This document shows positions 61,679 through 64,000 of a stretch of DNA of 64,000 nucleotides, piece after piece. The stretch lies in assembly GCA_963700285.1 (NCBI GenBank), contig CAVOXA010000010.1, positions 1,632,001-1,696,000 of the forward strand, read 5' to 3'. The position numbers were made by a program, and so were the translations under genes. The stretch's first letter is position 1. Every line of letters begins with the position of its first letter. Source of the DNA: an uncultured Chloroflexia bacterium. Lineage in GTDB: Bacteria > Chloroflexota > Anaerolineae > JAAYZQ01. A model generated the notes under the pieces. That model had not been told where the DNA came from, made no database searches, and saw only the letters and a program-made list of their open reading frames with translations.

Positions 61679-64000
61679 ATGGAGCGGAAAAGTGCAATAA
61701 AAGGACTGATCGTGTTGGTGTTGGCCCTGCCATCCATTGTGGCGTTGCTGCCAATGGGCCATAAAAGCGTGGCGGCCACGCCGGTCGTGGATGTGGCTGA
61801 GAGAGCCAGAGTCGCCTCTGATGGGGTCTTTCCCGACTTTGACCACGTCGTCATCGACGACAATCCGCCATCTACCTACCGGATTACCGATATCCAGATT
61901 GGTGACATTAGCGGCGATGGTCTTCCCGACGTCTGGACAGCCGGCCGGGGAGAGGGAGCAAGCGCCGACCAAATGGTGTGGTACAAGAACCCGGACTGGA
62001 ACAGGTACGCCATCTCACCCGGTGACTATGTGTATGGCAATCTGGGTGACTTTGACGGGGACGGCGACCTGGACGTCGTGGCCGGACAGTTCGATGATGA
62101 CCGCATTTATTGGTTCGAGAACACGGGCCAACCCGAGCAGGGAGACTGGCCCAAATCCTACCTGGGTGTGAGTCCCTGGCCTGACGTGGTCCTTGTTGGC
62201 GACATTGACAAGGATGACCGTCTGGACGTCGTCTATCTGTACAAGGACTCATGGGGCTGGGCAAAGAACCCGTCTAATCCAAAGAATATCTGGTCTGACT
62301 ATACGATCTGGTCGGGTGGTAAGCGGACGGGTGGAGTATTGGCCGACATTGACCGGGATGGCGATCTGGACCTCGTATACGGCAATTCCTGGTTCGAGAA
62401 CCCACTGCCTGGCGGGGATCCCACCCGGGGCAGCCAGTGGGACATGCGCAGCATCGACTCGGGCTGGACCACCGAGGCCCGTAGCGCCGTGGGGGACCTG
62501 AATGGTGATGGCCGGCCCGATGTAGTACTGTCTGGTGAGGAAGATGAGTCCGGTGTCGCCTGGTATATCGCCCCGGCTGACCTGGCCAACGGAAGCTGGA
62601 CCAAGCAGGTCGTAGTCAGCAGCGGATACGAAGGGGTGCACTCGCTGGCTCTGGCGGATTTTGACCGTGATGGAGATTTAGACATCTTTGCTGCCGAGAT
62701 GCATCATGGGACGGACCCGGACAAGGTCACCGTCTTTGAGAATGTAGACAGCAGTTCCAACACCTGGAATGAGCACATCTTTGATACCATCGGCTCGCAC
62801 AACGCCAAGGCTGGCGATCTGGATCTGGATGGCTGGCCCGACCTCGTGGGCAAGAACTACCAGGCTGGCGACCTCCCGCTTCAGGTGGATCTGTGGTGGA
62901 ACCTGGGACTCGGCACGTTACCGGTGGACCAGTGGGAGCGCCACATCATTGACGACGCCCGACCCTGGCGGTCCGTGTTCATCGATGGTGGCGACGTGAA
63001 TGGCGACAGCCTGCCCGACATCGTCACGGGGGGCTGGTGGTATGAGAACCCCGGCAGTCCAGCTGGTTCGTGGATGCGGCATGACATCGGAGGCGAGCTG
63101 TACAACATGGCCGTCCTCCATGACCTGGACAGGGACGGCGACCTGGACATCCTGGGTACTGATGGCCAGCCTGGTGGCGATGTCTTCTACTGGGCAGAGA
63201 ACGATGGCTCGGCCTCATTCACCATCCACTCCAACATCCCACGGGCGGATGGCGACTTTTTGCAGGGCGCGCGGGCGGCGCAGATCGTACCCGGGGGAAA
63301 CCCGGAGGTCCTGCTGTCCTGGCACAATGCGACCAGCACACAGATGTACAGCGTCCCCTCCCCGGCTACGGCCGATTGGTTGTGGGAGGTGCTCAGCTCC
63401 ACGACGAACGGAGAGCAGATGGCGGTGGGCGACATCGACGACGACGGCGACCTGGACATCCATCTGGGAACCCAGTGGCTGCGCAACGACGGGGGCTCGT
63501 GGCAACTTTTCGATGCTTTCGACCTGGGCGATCCTGGCGGCGCTGCCGAACCGGACCGGGTGGAGCTGGCCGATATCGACCTGGATGGAGACCTGGATGT
63601 CGTGATCGGCGCCGAGCAAGCCGAGTGGGTGGTATGGGGCGAAGCACCATCAAACCCAGAAAATTCCTGGACGGAGCATGTGATCGCGAGCAACATTCTG
63701 GGTATGAGCCTGGATGTCGCGGATCTGGACTGGGATGGCGACATCGATCTCGTCGTCGGGGAACATGACCCGCATGACGGCGACGTCGGCCGGGTCATGA
63801 TCTACCAGAATGAGAACAAAGGCGGGAGCTGGAACGAGTTTGAAATCGACTCCGGCCTCGAGCATCATGTGGGGACCCAGTTTGTCGATATCGACAGAGA
63901 TGGGGACCTGGATATCATATCGATCGGCTGGGAGCACAGCAAAACGGTTCTCTACGAGAACAAAGCTACCAGCGGCGGGCCGAGCAACAGGCCACCCAGG
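61679..64000 (+). CDS. Secreted FG-GAP/VCBS repeat protein (runs off window end)
   Basis: Manual translation from ATG 61679 (GAGGTG RBS): MERKSAIKGLIVLVLAL... followed by many GD(F/I/L)DxDGDLD repeats with W(Y/F)EN. Absent from the ORF track because it has no stop in the window. Confidence 0.88.
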   Translation, partial: MERKSAIKGLIVLVLALPSIVALLPMGHKSVAATPVVDVAERARVASDGVFPDFDHVVIDDNPPSTYRITDIQIGDISGDGLPDVWTAGRGEGASADQMVWYKNPDWNRYAISPGDYVYGNLGDFDGDGDLDVVAGQFDDDRIYWFENTGQPEQGDWPKSYLGVSPWPDVVLVGDIDKDDRLDVVYLYKDSWGWAKNPSNPKNIWSDYTIWSGGKRTGGVLADIDRDGDLDLVYGNSWFENPLPGGDPTRGSQWDMRSIDSGWTTEARSAVGDLNGDGRPDVVLSGEEDESGVAWYIAPADLANGSWTKQVVVSSGYEGVHSLALADFDRDGDLDIFAAEMHHGTDPDKVTVFENVDSSSNTWNEHIFDTIGSHNAKAGDLDLDGWPDLVGKNYQAGDLPLQVDLWWNLGLGTLPVDQWERHIIDDARPWRSVFIDGGDVNGDSLPDIVTGGWWYENPGSPAGSWMRHDIGGELYNMAVLHDLDRDGDLDILGTDGQPGGDVFYWAENDGSASFTIHSNIPRADGDFLQGARAAQIVPGGNPEVLLSWHNATSTQMYSVPSPATADWLWEVLSSTTNGEQMAVGDIDDDGDLDIHLGTQWLRNDGGSWQLFDAFDLGDPGGAAEPDRVELADIDLDGDLDVVIGAEQAEWVVWGEAPSNPENSWTEHVIASNILGMSLDVADLDWDGDIDLVVGEHDPHDGDVGRVMIYQNENKGGSWNEFEIDSGLEHHVGTQFVDIDRDGDLDIISIGWEHSKTVLYENKATSGGPSNRPPR

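Overview
High-GC bacterial DNA, most likely Chloroflexota (Anaerolineae-like). This is inferred from the GroEL tail lacking GGM repeats, the YLPxxxR protein tails and the REP-type palindromes. 1-9.4 kb is housekeeping: a partial PrsW-family protease, a ferredoxin behind a long CsoR-like palindrome, a transposase relic, an SLC13/TrkA-C permease, CIRCE-regulated groES-groEL, an LCP protein and fdhD. 9.6-17.3 kb is a decayed minus-strand sulfatase/phosphatase cluster with chimeric gene scars, ending in a one-ended IS1182-like element. 17.3-44 kb is the most striking part: a run of large secreted proteins in which unrelated N-terminal passengers (C39-like peptidase, lectin-like domain, BNR propellers, M6-like metalloprotease, small beta domain) are each fused to the same ~1.2 kb C-terminal cassette ending in a YLPxxxR tail. 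Two of these genes share a duplicated 47-bp promoter box, and palindromic elements sit in-frame within cassette loops. 40.8-61.2 kb is a surface-glycan locus: B12 radical SAM, O-antigen-ligase-like protein, GT2/GT4s, FAD oxidoreductase, two clan GH-A hydrolases that also carry the (Y/F)LP motif, priming sugar transferase, MurJ-like flippase and an ArnT/PMT-like transferase. An FG-GAP repeat protein runs off the end. About a dozen single-base frameshifts look like long-read assembly errors. No rRNA, tRNA or CRISPR array was seen. Family assignments come from motif recognition, not database searches.
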